Source of the DNA: Paraphysomonas bandaiensis
Lineage: Eukaryota; Protista; Chrysophyceae
Assembly: GCA_965644295.1 (NCBI GenBank)
Contig: CBFFRP010000046.1
Span: 1 to 64,000 of the forward strand
DNA: 64,000 nt
Reading direction: 5' to 3'
Under the pieces are notes generated by a model. The model saw nothing but the letters and a program-made list of their open reading frames with translations, did no database searches and had not been told where the DNA came from. Numbering within the stretch: position 1 is the first letter of the stretch; the number at the start of each line of letters is the position of its first letter. The position numbers and the translations under genes are program-made. Below, piece by piece: positions 37,882 to 51,500 of the stretch.

Positions 37882-38857
37882 ATGCATTCAATGTAAGATA
37901 GACGGTAGTATGAGAACTGAAGAAATCAATGGTAATACTTAATTGTAAGCCTCATTGAATTGAAACGCTGATGTGAAAACGTGGAGTTTGTGGTAAGATC
38001 TAGGTTCTACTAGATGGCACTTCCTTGCCCCTTAGTATTTCAGTTTCCCACTGATAATAATGATAGCTAAACATGTAACAATGAAGCTATTCGATTCTGT
38101 AGATGATAAAAAATATATTCCTATACCCTTTATTCACGTGTTTTAAAATATTCGTAAATGACGATAGGATTGAATATGTCACTGGACACTGGAGATAACA
38201 TATCGCTGCCTAACCATTAGTATTACAGAAATTATCATATATTAACTCTCTGAAACAAATTGTAATTATGAAACTACTGGCTTCATTATTATGATTCTGC
38301 TACACCTGCTTCCGTTTATCTCGTATTTGTCAGTAGTAGTGAATGTCATTTTATTAGTAATAGGCACTTAAGAGCCAGTGGTTAAGTCTGATTCCTATTA
38401 TTTAACGCTACAGAAGCTGCTTGTGTGTCAACGCAAACACGAAGGTGCAACCGCGTTTGCTCTATCACTCAAAGCCAACGCAGTGAGCAAACAGAATGTT
38501 GGTATACCATCTGCTATCTTCAGGATTTTTGATCTTTTAGTCCTTAAGGTGAATAGCCCGGATGTTTGACCCAAAACCCCGGGTGTCCTTGAAGTGGGCC
38601 CATTCTCGGATGACTATGAGTGGGCAGAAAATGCTAGTTTTGCGGAGAAATATCTCAGATTCTCTCCGGTACTTATCCCCCAGAACACCACGAAAATGTG
38701 TTGAGGGTTTTCGTCAGCCAATCTCAGATATCACTGTATGTCGCACTTGAATTATCACCGCTACTTGAAGAATACAGTAGTTGAAAACTGTAGTACATGA
38801 ATTAATGATATGATATATGAAATATGTTAGTGAACTGCAGTATATTTACTGTATATG

Positions 38858-38987
38858 GAGGGCCTGGTTACGATTTATGGCCTGTTAATGGGTGCCCAGT
38901 TCACGGCAATTAAAACGACACTACCGTTAATGGATCATTATTTATTGGCCATTAATTTCATTACCATTAATGGTTACCAGATTCTAG
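38858..38987. mobile_element. Short degenerate MITE related to the CCATTAATGG hAT family
   Basis: Imperfect TIRs (CTGGTTACGATTTATGG ... CCATTAATGGTTACCAG) and several TTAATGG motifs. Confidence 0.45.
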
Positions 38988-39509
38988 TATAAGATCGTGA
39001 CTATATCTAGATTTGATAATATTGGCTTAGTGAATACTATAAGTTTAGTGAATAACAAAGAATGATAAGATATGTTCAGTGACTGAATATACACCATCAT
39101 ATTTTCAGTTTCGGATAATTTTTGATGAATACAGCAGTTTAAGGTGAAATTCATATTGTTAATAATGATGTAACTGAGTGTAAAATCATAACAGTCTACG
39201 ATAGTAAATTATTGGTTGGTCGTAGTGACGGAATCAACGTTGCGACCTTTCATAAATGGTGAGAAATATTTTTCACCATTTTAATTATTTGAGAGTGGTA
39301 TTTACAGAGTTCAGTTAACCTACTTAGACAAGCGATAAATTCTCCTGATAAATTATGTGTTATGGACTTGGTAAGAATTAGTGTAACTTTTACAAAATTT
39401 GATTTTCTAGTTTTAACCGTAAATAGTTAATTAATGCTTCCGAAGAATATTAGTTACACACTAAATTACGTATTCCAACAACATAGTGACCCTCCTTCAA
39501 GGTAGATTA

Positions 39510-42500
39510 TTACAGTTTCCCTACGAGCAGCCATCTAACCACCCATCCTAAAAAGCTATTTACATTTCGCATCATATAACTCTTCTCACACTCAGTGGCC
39601 ACCCAATTCAAAGTCTTTGCAACAATCAGCATGGATTGATGCATATCGTTAGAGTCCGACTGTAGTACATGGTCATAATACCGCTTTGCCCGCACGATAT
39701 TAATACCACCCGTTCCGATACCAAAGTGATACATCATTCCACATTGCAGACTTCCAAGTGCACTGCCCATTGCGCTGGCCTTAGAAAACCACCACAAGGC
39801 AGCTTGTCCCCTCAGCGTCAGTAACTTTTCCTCCTTATCGTAGTCGATGTAAGGGCGGTGACTATTTGAAAATTTACTCGAAGGCACCATTTGGGTGACA
39901 CCCTTCAACATGTACGAGTCACGACTGCGCAGAATATGGCTGCCCAAAGACTGAGCGCTTTCAGCGTTTCCTTGAGAGGCTGATAGAGCAAGCTGTCGAA
40001 CAAGCAGGCGCTCGTACATTTCTGAAGTTGATACAACCGCCCCCCCTTGAACTTGAATCAAGGAAGCTTCACTTTGACCGAAAAGACGACTTTCAGATTC
40101 ATCATTCAGTTTCCGCCTCAAAATAAAGGCAGTATTACTTTGGGATACTTCATAGCCTGGATCAAACATAAAGAAAGTAGAAATTCATGTCGTATTGTAC
40201 TACCTAATTCGCCACTATGAAGATAACAAAGAACACTACGCTCATAGTACTTTTCTATGCCAGTGCTTTGACCCTAAAGACAGATGCACATTCGTTTAAG
40301 TATTATCTAGATTAAGTTCATACTTACATGAACGTATTGGTTAAATCCTATTAAAAAGTGGTCACATTAGAAAGAAAAAAGTCATTGAAACACTGTCTAC
40401 CTCTTCTTAGCCATCCAACCCACGGACCAACATCATTAGCGGCAGAAAGGTAAGTCAGAGCTTCAGTTGGAGACCTCACCACACCTTTCCCCTGCATCCA
40501 ATCAAATACTCTACACTACGAATACATGCTTACCTGTAAATGCATATTTCCAAGAGCTAATACAGAGTCAAAATGACCAAATTTTGTAGCCGCTGTAAGA
40601 TAAAATGATGCCGCTCTAACGACGTCCTCCTCCGTCCCTGCGACGAATTCACAAACAGTCTTAAACGATAATGCATACAATATACCAATTCCATTTTCCA
40701 AGCAGTAGCCGGCATTGAACCATGAGTCGCTATCCCCACCACTTTCAGTCGCCAGCAAAAAGTAGTGAAATGCCTTTGTCTATAATGCACATAATCAGTC
40801 CAGGCAGCACCGTCGACTCCAATGGATACCTTATTCATTGGTGCTTCATCGCCGTGCCCAAAAAAATAAACATAACCGAGTCCATTGAAAGCGCGTACTA
40901 GTCCCTTTGAAGCAGCCTCGTCATACAGCGCCACAGCACGGGACACATTTTTCGGTCCGCCTTCGCCTTTTAGAAGCATGGCAGCAGCTCCGCACATTGC
41001 ATGCTCGTTTCCAGCAGCAGCCGCATTGTTGTACAACTCCAGTGCGCGCACCTGAACATGACATAAATTGGACGAATGAGGTCAACGATTACGAAATATG
41101 CACCTGGTCACGAGGCAAGCCCCTGGCACCGTAGTAATACATCTCGCCCAATGATAACATCGAAGGAACGTGGCCCTGTACGTATTTATACACTGCAGTT
41201 TAGGTGCTATAAATAGTCCTACCTCTTCCGCTTGGACAGTAAGGAGCTGTATCTGTTCGTCATCAGAACCAGAGTTACCTTTAACCACCTCCTTTTCCGT
41301 CATGTCTGTCAGCTTATCTTCCTGCAGCAAAACTGAGATAGCCCTCGCAATTGATAAAGTGCCCACCTCAAGTATTGGTTGACCGCCGACTTTATGGTAT
41401 TCTTCAGCTGATACAACCGATGCCATCTGGGCATATAGACTGGCTATCTCCGGACAAGCATCAAGAGATTTTACACCGGAACGGTATCTATGTTTGCTTA
41501 ATTTGTGATAATAATATCATAGTGCCTTACCTTTTAGCAAGTGCCAATTGTGCCTCTCCATGCCCATCTTGCGCAGCCAAAAAAAGAAAACCAGTGGATA
41601 AATGAGAAAACGGGTCTGCCATATTGTTTCCTGCTTCGCCCATATATCGAAGAGAAAAAACACTAGTGTGGGGCTCCATTTCGAAAGCAGCTACGAAACA
41701 TTAGGAACATAAGAACACAAAACGTAAACCTCACCTCCTTGTCGGGATCGAATGTTGTGATCTCTATTCGTTAGACCCATCTGAGAATAAGGCAACGGTG
41801 CGACTGAAGTGCTATTTTGCACCACTCCGAGTGAGGTTCTCATAAACTCAGAAAGCCGGAACACGAAGTTTATGTCCACCCAGTAATTTCCATCCACGCG
41901 GACCCCTCTCGTTATACCTGCAACCAAATCAGTGGACACAACAGCCTCGATCTAATCAGCAATACCTTGCTCGTTATATACGTGCTTTTCCACAGGGGCT
42001 GGAATAAGCTCAATAATTCGCTGCAAAAAACATCTTCCGGCCGGACTCGACAAATCCATGCCAAGCGGCCCTAGTCCAACAGCTGTGGATACCATCGTCG
42101 ACAAGGGAACAAAGGCTTGGGAGTGGCCGTTCTGAGCAGCCAGAAGCAGGCCAATCGCACACTTAACTTGATCACTCAGGAAAGCTTCGTCGATAGGACC
42201 ACAGTTGAGCTCGTCTGGATCAGAGAAGGCAGTAGCAGTGTGGTACTTCTGGTCTCTAGGAGAGAACTCCTCGATGCCACAAGAAGACTGAGACACTTCA
42301 GACCCGAATCCAATCAGCATGGACCACTTGTAAAGGCTCTCTATGTGGCCAAGAGAACTGGCTTCCGCATACATATCAAGCCTTTCTGCTGGAGGAAGGC
42401 AATCTGTCACAGCAGAGTCAATGCGATCTAGAAGATTCTGCAATTGATCTGAGGTCTCTTTGGAAGGAGAAGATGGCAAAATATCATAGCTAGTACTTTC

Positions 42501-44327
42501 GCAGGCTGTACCCGAACACTTTGCTTGCAAACTTCCAACCAAGTTAACTCCAGAGAGTGGCCGAGGATCAATTTTAGGATGCGTCTGAACAAAGGATAGC
42601 GCGATGTCAACTGGACGAGTTAATATCTCGTATTGAGAACTCGAGGAATGCATAGCCAGTGCTTTCACATTAGCAGTAGTCAATGCTGAGTCCCAAACCA
42701 CAACATCTGCCGCAAATCCCCTTGGACCTAAACCAGTCATTTAATGAAAAGACATACACATGTCATGTACTTTTTACACACCAGCATGAGACGGATCACA
42801 AAAAAGCCGTAGAGGAAACGAATTCGGAATTACGATGTCTGTATAAGTAAGTGCGACATCTAGAACACCGTTCTGATACACGCTGACAGCGTAGGCACCA
42901 GGTTTCTCTGTTCGTTCAAAGTTATGTGACAATAGCATAACCAAATCATGATTGGCTAACTCACCCGTGGTGCTGTTGCGCATTACAAAAGTGAGGTGGA
43001 CCCACTTGCGTGTAGGTATATCCAGCACAGTATCAGAACCCAGATCAGGATTAGAGGGTGTTGACGCTCTTATAGCGATTCTGCTGGTAGATGGCAGCAG
43101 CCAAGCAGAAGGGGTTCTAAATTCTTATTAAGAGACCGACTCAAATTAATACGTTATAATAACCTGTTGGGATCAGTACCATCTCCTTTGTAAAAAAGGG
43201 TTCTAAATGACCCGGTCGGCCCCTGCGACATTCGTAGCCACATGCTAAGAGACCAAGATCCACTGATTGGAAGGAGATTGTGCGGTATCGTGATACCTCC
43301 TCCATTTTTTTGACCACTTAATGCGAGTACACCTCTATAATGTACCAATGGTTTGGGCGGAAATCGTTCCTCTACTACATTGTCATGTCTAATCCCGCCC
43401 ATATCATCTGCCGTGGACACCAGAGGTGCGATATTTTCTCCACAAACCTGGTACATGTTACGAATATACAACTACAACTAATAGTGTACCTTTACAGAAA
43501 GCGGATGCACAGAGGATGCAAGGGTCATAGAAGCAGTACGGACAATAAAAATATGGTATTCACCAGGACGAGATGGTCGGAATAGATACTGTCCACTCAG
43601 CACCTCTTTCTCGGAACTTGGGTGTGGTGTGCCAATTCCCACTTCTACAGACAACTTTCTCTCCTCTGAAGCATTTAACACCATTGAATAATATTCTTCA
43701 GAAACCTACTGCATAGTCAGCTGGCTGAACACAACTATTCAAATACTCACAGTTACTTCCAATGTTTTAGCGTCAATCCATTCTCCTACCGCCGATCCAA
43801 CTATTGGAGGATCCAACGCCAGCGCACTCTGTGTAAATTAATATAACGAAATACAATCGCAGCATGAAAATATAATGTACCGCTAGAGATGAAGCAGTTA
43901 GCAAATTCGGTTCATTTGTGTCTCTGTCAAATGAGATAATCAGCTTGCCATCTCTTGCCACCACACCCGATATACTAACAACACAGTGCTCTTCATCAAT
44001 ATCACAGTGAATAACTGTATAAGTGTGTGTATGTAGCGGATAGGAGTGATCTATGAGGTCACTATACGTCACATCACTCTCCTCATCGACTGAAAAGACA
44101 AGCGAATAGTTTCTCGGATCGTCACTGGAACTCCATTTGAGGGTCACGGTATCATAGACGCACATGTCAGCGGTGTTGAGAGTGGTGTTAAGGGTGTGCA
44201 TGTGTGTGTATGTGTGTGTATTAGTGTGGTTAGAGAGGTCTATAGATGAGAGAGGCATACGACGCCAGAATACATGCCCTGAGGTACAGTGAAGGGCTAG
44301 GAGGAGGAAGATGAGGGGTAGAGGCAT
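39510..44327 (-). CDS. Secretory-pathway SEL1-repeat protein with LamG/concanavalin-like domain (SEL1L3/Hrd3-like); spliced
   Basis: Signal peptide MPLPLIFLLLALHCTSG. LamG-like WSLSMWLR..FRTLFYKG..KWVHLTFV..VYQNGVLD. Many SEL1 repeats (MLLKGEGGPKNVSRAVALY, AFNGLGYVYFFG, FNAGYCLENG). Hydrophobic C-terminus. Confidence 0.8.
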
Positions 44328-44982
44328 TGTGGTGGGTCTTTAGTTGAGTTGGAAGGGTGTTGAGTGCATGTAAGGGCCAGTGCTCTCAATGTATGTATGT
44401 GTATGTGCTATGAGCTCTGTGGATATGTGTGTATGTGTGTATTGTTCTTACAGCATCTTGCTTGCTGCTCTATGAAATACAGCACCACTACAGTGAGGCA
44501 GAGTACAGCAGTACAGTAGTACTTGTCAGTGTATTGTACAGACATACTCGTAGTAGAGTATGGTCGTATATATAGTGCAGTGTATATGTATATGTCGATA
44601 GGTGCATACTGTAGTATTGTGCAATGGTACGTTGTACTGCTCTACAGACTCTACAAAGCATACACGTGTACAGCAGTACATACATACATGATATACCGTA
44701 TACCGTATACCATTCAATCCAATCACACCGTAGTCTTGTCTGTATCCCTCACTGTATTCCGTCTCCCTCATTCATCATTCATTTCTATATATATATACAT
44801 GTACGTGTATGTGTGTATGTATGTATGTGTATGTGTGTGTGTATGTATGTGTGTGTGTATGTATGTGTGTGTGTATGTTATGGTAATGTTCCAGCTGTCC
44901 ACATACATACATCTACTCACCGGTCATTGTCACCATACACCTCAACTGTGCACGTAACCAGCCAGTGAGACACACTCCAATC

Positions 44983-47383
44983 ATGTCAGGCATGTCATCT
45001 CTATTAACTGATCTGAATCTATGCGGAGAGGAGCGTATTCAGAGCATACACGGACTGTTTCATATATGCCATAAACTAGACGACAATCAGGCCGATAGAC
45101 TCACAGCAGCCATCAGCAGCCTACTTAAGAGCAAAACTATCAATGATCGAATTGCATTTTGGAAGTTGATTCCATTAATGACTCAATCGTCACATGCGTA
45201 TCGGTTCAGTGGATGTCTGTGTGCATGTATCGACAAGCTGCACTTTCATTTGCAATCAGTGGAACATATCGCTGAGATGAATGCTGTTACTGAGGCGATG
45301 TATGGTTTTATGGGATCGCATTTCGTAACGACAGAATTTACTGAAAAAGTTGAGAATAGTTTTACACGTATTGTTACAACGATATTAAAGTTGGCCAAAT
45401 CAGCTTCTAATGTGCAAAACTGTTTGTTCGGTCTCAATCTTTTGACTGCCATTAGTGAATCACGCGGTCACAATCTGTTCTTTTCTCAAGGATCTGCCAT
45501 TAATAATCTTTGTATATCGTTGCTTCTTCGTAAAGACTTAACTGCAACCGCAGAACCGGGGGTTCCCACCTGTATCACTGATGCGGCTGCCACTCTTCTT
45601 GCATTGAACAGTTCCTTTGGTCCTGCTGAGGTCTATGATCAAGTTTGGCGAGATTTGACTGCAGGTGACGCTTTGCCCATGTATTTTGTGATATTGACGA
45701 TTTTTTTCAGAATTAGCGTGTGTTGTGAAGGTGCTTGGACTGGGCTGTGTAGGTGCAGCTGTTGAGGGAAGAGCAGGCTTTACCTGTAAGGGTGACGGCC
45801 TTCACAAAGCATTGTGCTTGGGAGAAATTTTTAGAGGGGTTAGCAGAGCACTGATCGAGGTGAGTACTTGCTTCATTGTATTGAAATATCTATTGACAAT
45901 CTTCAGATGTCCCGGTGCGGCAACTCCACAGGCACAGTTTACCCTGATGTGGTAACCTTCCTGAAACCTGCTGTCTCTGCTGTTGTTTGCCATCGAATTG
46001 ATCTTTCTATTCTTGACCCTAAGGTAATATTACGTGCTTCTTGTTATGTCCTTTAAGGCATTGGTTCTTGTCTGCAGTTTGTCGTGCCGAATGAATTCTC
46101 TATTTCTCCTGCGCACCTCTCTGTAGTAGCTGTCCAGTTAAAAACGCTCGCAATGAGCGTGTTACGGTCATTGTTATTGACTCCCCTCCCCACAGTTGAT
46201 CCGTTGTCGCTAGTTCAGCTCACTTGCAAGTGTTTGTCGTCTGTACTCTCCCCTGAGTCTTCGGCACCGCCATGTGTGGAAGAGGAGGCCCTTCTCTGTT
46301 TCCGTCGTGCCGTACGGTGCTTTCCTGCAGCAATCTTGGAGGTGAGTTGATGTCCTTATGGTGTTTGCTTTCGTAATATCTGTACAGATGAGTTCTGGCT
46401 CCGTGCAATGTCTTGTGCGTTTATTATCAGATGCAATGCACATAGAAACTTCTATGGCTTCTGATGGTGATATGGTGGGGGTAAAGAGGGCACGTAGTGA
46501 TGAGGTGGAAACTGATCCCAGGTCAAGGTCTAGAGTAATTATGGAGACATGTGAGGTACTATTGATAATGGCTGCCCCCCTGCTTCCCATGGATACGAGG
46601 GAAAAAATTGAATTGACTGTGGCGTTGGGTTTGAGATGTCTGGTGAAGGGGGTACTTCAGCCCCATGTTGGACGAATACAAGAATTTCCTAATGTCGTCT
46701 CGAGAGGCGTGGAGAAACAGGGAACTAGTCATACTGGGCAAAAACGCATTCGGCGGGCAATATGTGAACCTATAAGATGTAGCCCTGAACTTCAGGTATC
46801 CTTGCTGCGACTCGCCTGTGCGGAGGTGATGTCAGTGTATTCCGATGGCTCACGTAGTGGGAACGTGTCATTGTTGAAGCATGCGTGTCTTGCCTGCTCC
46901 GCATTGGAGGTGACAGCTGTGGAGGCTGGGAGGGTAGCACTTTGCGTCGAAAATATTCTTTTTCCTTCTGGTGGTAGTATTCCGAGACCACAAACAGCAC
47001 TTTGCTGCCCGAATGTATCTGTGTCGGCTGTAGCTGCTGCACAGAGCAGGATTGATGAACATTCTGAGGCTGAGATGAGCCGCACATACGCCAAGGAGCC
47101 ATCACCTGTGCATATTCAACCCGCCTCTTGTGAGACCTCCACATGTAGAGATAACATGACTGCATCTAATTGTCTGGACGATAGAGCGAATACTGATAGA
47201 GTAACACCAATCAAACCACCACCAACATCTAGTGGGGTGTATGGAACACTTCCCCCGGCAATGAAATTAGACCATGAAGCTCCAAATGAAAGTGCAAATT
47301 ACGTTTCTGATGGTGAAAATTCTGATTCGAGTGATGATTTACCAGATATTGATATTGATGCTGATCCTGATTCCATGAGCTAG
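44983..47383 (+). CDS. Helical-repeat protein, putative RIX1/PELP1-like pre-60S factor; spliced
   Basis: Leu-rich alpha-helical body, Pro/Ser-rich linker and acidic terminus SDSSDDLPDIDIDADPD, resembling the plant-type PELP1/Rix1 tail. The gene is secure; the identity is tentative. Confidence 0.5.
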
Positions 47384-48255
47384 AGATTTAGTCAGTAGCT
47401 GCTAACGTAATTAATAACGTTGATGTTGTTCGCTATACAATTATGTTGACAGTTGTTGAATAGAACACGTATTTTCGAAATAACGTGATGGCAAACTGAG
47501 TTCAAATTTAGGTTGTATATAAGTGCCGCCTAGTACAAAATGCTACTCATAGTATAGCGGGGTGCGAAACTTGCGGCGAGTTAGGGCAATAGCTCAGACT
47601 AAAGTCAGCAAGTGTCAGGTATATCAACATTCTGCTTGCACCTTTGATAGAGCGAAATTGGTTGCACTTTGGTGCTTGCGTGGACACACAAGCTAAATAG
47701 TAAATAGTAGAGGATCTATTATTCAACCTATAGTCAAATTGGTATAATTTCCAAGTCACACTAAAATTGGTGTAAAAGCCTAGTCATTTAATAATTCATA
47801 TTTTCAGTTCATAATGAGTAGGTTGACTAGGTGTTTTAGGGTATTCACTGAAAGTTTCACTGAAACGTGGGATCATACTCTAGCCATCAATTAATGAAAA
47901 TGTAACCATTGTACACATGCAATATTTCAAACAAGAATTGCGCGGTTTCTCGTGTCCAATCCGGCAAAGTTCGACTATATAACATCCATAACATTATAAC
48001 TCACAGATACTATCTAATATTAAGCTGAATCCTAACAACTTTACCTGCTGTGTGACTTGATCGTTCTGTAATGCGTGGTTTATATTATGCAAGTACAATT
48101 TACCAAACTTGAGTAACAATTAGTTGGCAACTAATTGGTGACAGGTGTCCAACAATAATAATCGCAATAAATTATTAATCAAGTATCCAATTATTGGCAA
48201 TGCAATAATTGCCAATTAATTACCCTAAATTTTATTGCCTTATTTTCCATTAAAT

Positions 48256-48560
48256 TGTTGGAAATTGCTAATTCTTAACTAGATCTCAGAGAGAATTTGT
48301 CGTTAGACTCTAGATAGAGATTAATTAATATCGTATACACGATATTGTGATAAACAACAGAAACTCATTTTGCTCCACGAATAATCTCCTACATATGTGA
48401 ACCTCTCGTTACTAAACATATCTTGAAAGATCAAACTATTTCCGTTTCTGAATATCATCACAGTATTTGTACATCACCATATTTCACTGTATTCTTGTTC
48501 ATTGTCTTCAAGTAGTGACACACCTAATATACTAGATTATACACAATCCATATTCTAATA
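48256..48560 (-). repeat. 3' LTR of the Copia element (~305 bp)
   Basis: Ends CAACA on the minus strand. Starts TATTAGAATAT just after a PPT-like TTGAGCGCGAG (48561-48571). Confidence 0.7.
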
Positions 48561-51500
48561 CTCGCGCTCAATGTAGAGTGCTGTGAGACAAAACAACAGT
48601 GAGCACAGTAATCTTTATGCTATATATGACTATCTAGTCCCAGATAAAATAGATGTGAAATCTTTTAAAGATACAATGTATAACTAGCAGTCAACTAGAT
48701 ATATATACAGTTATGTGGAATTTTCACCCACTAAAACACACCTTTAACCTCTTCGGGGTCGTTTCTTCTGCAGCTCCTCCACCCTGGTTGACACGCTTCT
48801 CTTTACCCCCGTAATCGTTTTCTCATGACGGCTGAAAATCTTCGTAGACGATGCCTTCGTAAAAATATCGGCCGCCATATCATCCGTAGACACATGAATC
48901 ATTGCTGTAGAAAATTTTCCATTAACATGATCTCTTACCCAGTGATACTTGATGTCAACATGCTTCGACCTCTTATGATACACTGGATATTCTCAGAATA
49001 ATCCTTTGCACTCTTGCTGCCCATAAAGAATGGAGTCGGATTTTTGCTACTAAGAGTCCGAGCCCCTTGAACACCCCCCGAAGCCACACCAGTTGTTGCA
49101 TATAGCCGCATACTCCGCGATATACTCAGATTCCATGCTTGAAGTCGCAACTGTGGTCTGAATCTTGGACTGCCAGGCCAATGCACCCGCACACAATGTT
49201 GTGAACCGCCGAGTCATCCTATCACCAGCCCAGTCTGAGTCACTAAACACATGTAAATCGAACTCACTCCCACTAAATCTGAAACTGTACCACGCAAATA
49301 TTTCAACAGATGAATAGCTAATCTACACGCTGCATGTGTTGGACAACTACTAAACCGAGCTAATAACCCCACTGCATAGGCCAGATCAGGTCAAGTATAA
49401 ATTGCCAGACGCAACACCGCTCCAATAATTCGCCAATACGGAAATGATTCGACCCACTGCGTCTGCTCCTCCGTGACCTCACGTTGCTCTGCTAACAAAA
49501 CCTGAACAGTAGTAGGTAGTGGAGTCTCCTTGTTCTTACTACTCTTTCCCATAACATAATCGACCCTTGTGATCCTGATATTCAGGAACCGCTGCCACAC
49601 ACACCCAGATCATGCATCTCAAACTTTTCACAGAACTAAAGTGCAACGATTTAATAAACTTATCAATATGTTTATTCCACTGCCGCCGTGAGGACCGCAA
49701 TTCATACAATGCCTTGATAAATTTGAAAACACTACCCTGCTGGCAATTCATCATCTGGTGGGGGTGCCATCATATAAACATCCCCTTCAAGATCGGCATA
49801 TAACAAAACGCCGATGATACGTCCAACTGGTGCACATGCATATGTAACATAAATGAAATCGCTAGGACCAGTCTAATGATTATCCCTTCTCACCACTGGA
49901 GCAAAGTTGGACTGCTCCTCCTCCGTTTTCTTTTGTAGATTTCCTAATGCTACCAGCCGCGCTTTAAAATAAACATTATTGCCTAGAATATCTCGCTTCA
50001 CCGTGTGCACATGTACTTTGCTCTTACCAATTTCACTCCTCTTGGAGTTCGCATAATCTTTAGAACACGTCTCCTTAGCAATGAGGTCTTCTAGACCCTC
50101 CGAGCTTGTCTCCATTTATCAAACTGTAGAGACTTTTCCGCATCTGCATATGAATTCGGTACCCTAATATCCTCTGGACTCAACTCTGCATGTATGTGTT
50201 AATTTTGCAGTGCATAATTTCTACCTCTACCATATTAATTTACTCCAATACAGATGTATTTGCCAACCTACGCTGCAGCCGCTTCCTCCGTTTACGACCA
50301 TCACCGTCAAGTTCAATTGGTCGACGAGGTATATAAGACTTCGATTCTTGCTCATCCTGAGAGCACAAACATCTTGCGTTATGTGATTTTTGACATCTCC
50401 GACATCATGTCCTGCTGCTTCTCCTGTAGTTATTCCCGGGTTTTTAGCAGTCATTCCCACAACGTTCTCAACGTGAAGAGGCACCCTGTGCTCTATGCGC
50501 ACACGACCTGCAGTAACAAATAGACGATATGCAACTATTACGTCCTTACATTCTACGACTCTAGTCGTCTTGTAAAGAAGTCCATCTTCATCTCATCAAT
50601 ATGATAAGATTCTTCCAAGCTGGCATAGTCGGACGCGAGCTTGGGTCTAGCGGCGTCAAGCACTCGAAGAGCATCTATCTCCGCGAAATACCTCTCGGAG
50701 CGTGACGGCGTCGTCTCATCCGTTAGTACATGCACCGAGATAACAACCGTATTGGTTGATTCGCCGACATGAGTCTTTTCTTCCCAGTCCTTCGGAGTGA
50801 AAACATAGGCTTGACACCCCCATATACCCTGAGGTATTTGAGATTTGGAGGCACACTCTAAGACACTCAATTGGAGACATATTATATCCTTTGGCTGTTT
50901 TCGTTGGCAATCGAATTAGAACATACCTGGCTGCCATATATGCATCTAGCCAGAACTGTGGTGGCAATCCTGACTGGATCAACATATAGCTAGTGTCATT
51001 TCCCCACTGGTTCTGAACTTTCTCTCCTCAATAGAGTTCATTTCTGGAGAGAAAGTGGAGCTCCACGTATGTTGATGACATCCTTGGGACCTTAGATACT
51101 GGCGTTACTCATCATTGACTAGTAGCTCTCCAGCTCCATCTGCATGACAATGACTCATGTCTAATTTGTACCTTCACACATCGCCCAGAACATCCTGATG
51201 GCATGATGTGTTATCTTCAGTACGTATCTCTCTCCTCCTCGAACCAGAAGATGGAGTCTTCATCCTTCGTCCGGAAACTGATTCTGGCTATCTTTGCCCT
51301 GGCACACACATCACACAGACATTGATCCTTTGACACCCTTGTCGAAAGATGCCTACACTACAATCCTGTTCCAAGAATCAGCATCAGCTTATGGGCTTCC
51401 AATAATGCATGGTTATTGAAATGTCCCGCTCTCCGATACAACAATTACCCATATATATCTCCACCCTTTTCATATTCCTCTGCCTTTTCTCATATATTGA

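Noticed and set aside
38544-38760. GC-richer patch starting TTAA-GGTGAATA, possible Kolobok/piggyBac-type element
   Set aside because: Only a ~7-bp imperfect inverted match and no matching TTAA on the right.
39254-39281. 28-bp near-palindrome AAATGGTGAGAAATATTTTTCACCATTT
   Set aside because: Isolated, in AT-rich intergenic DNA, with no context to assign a function.
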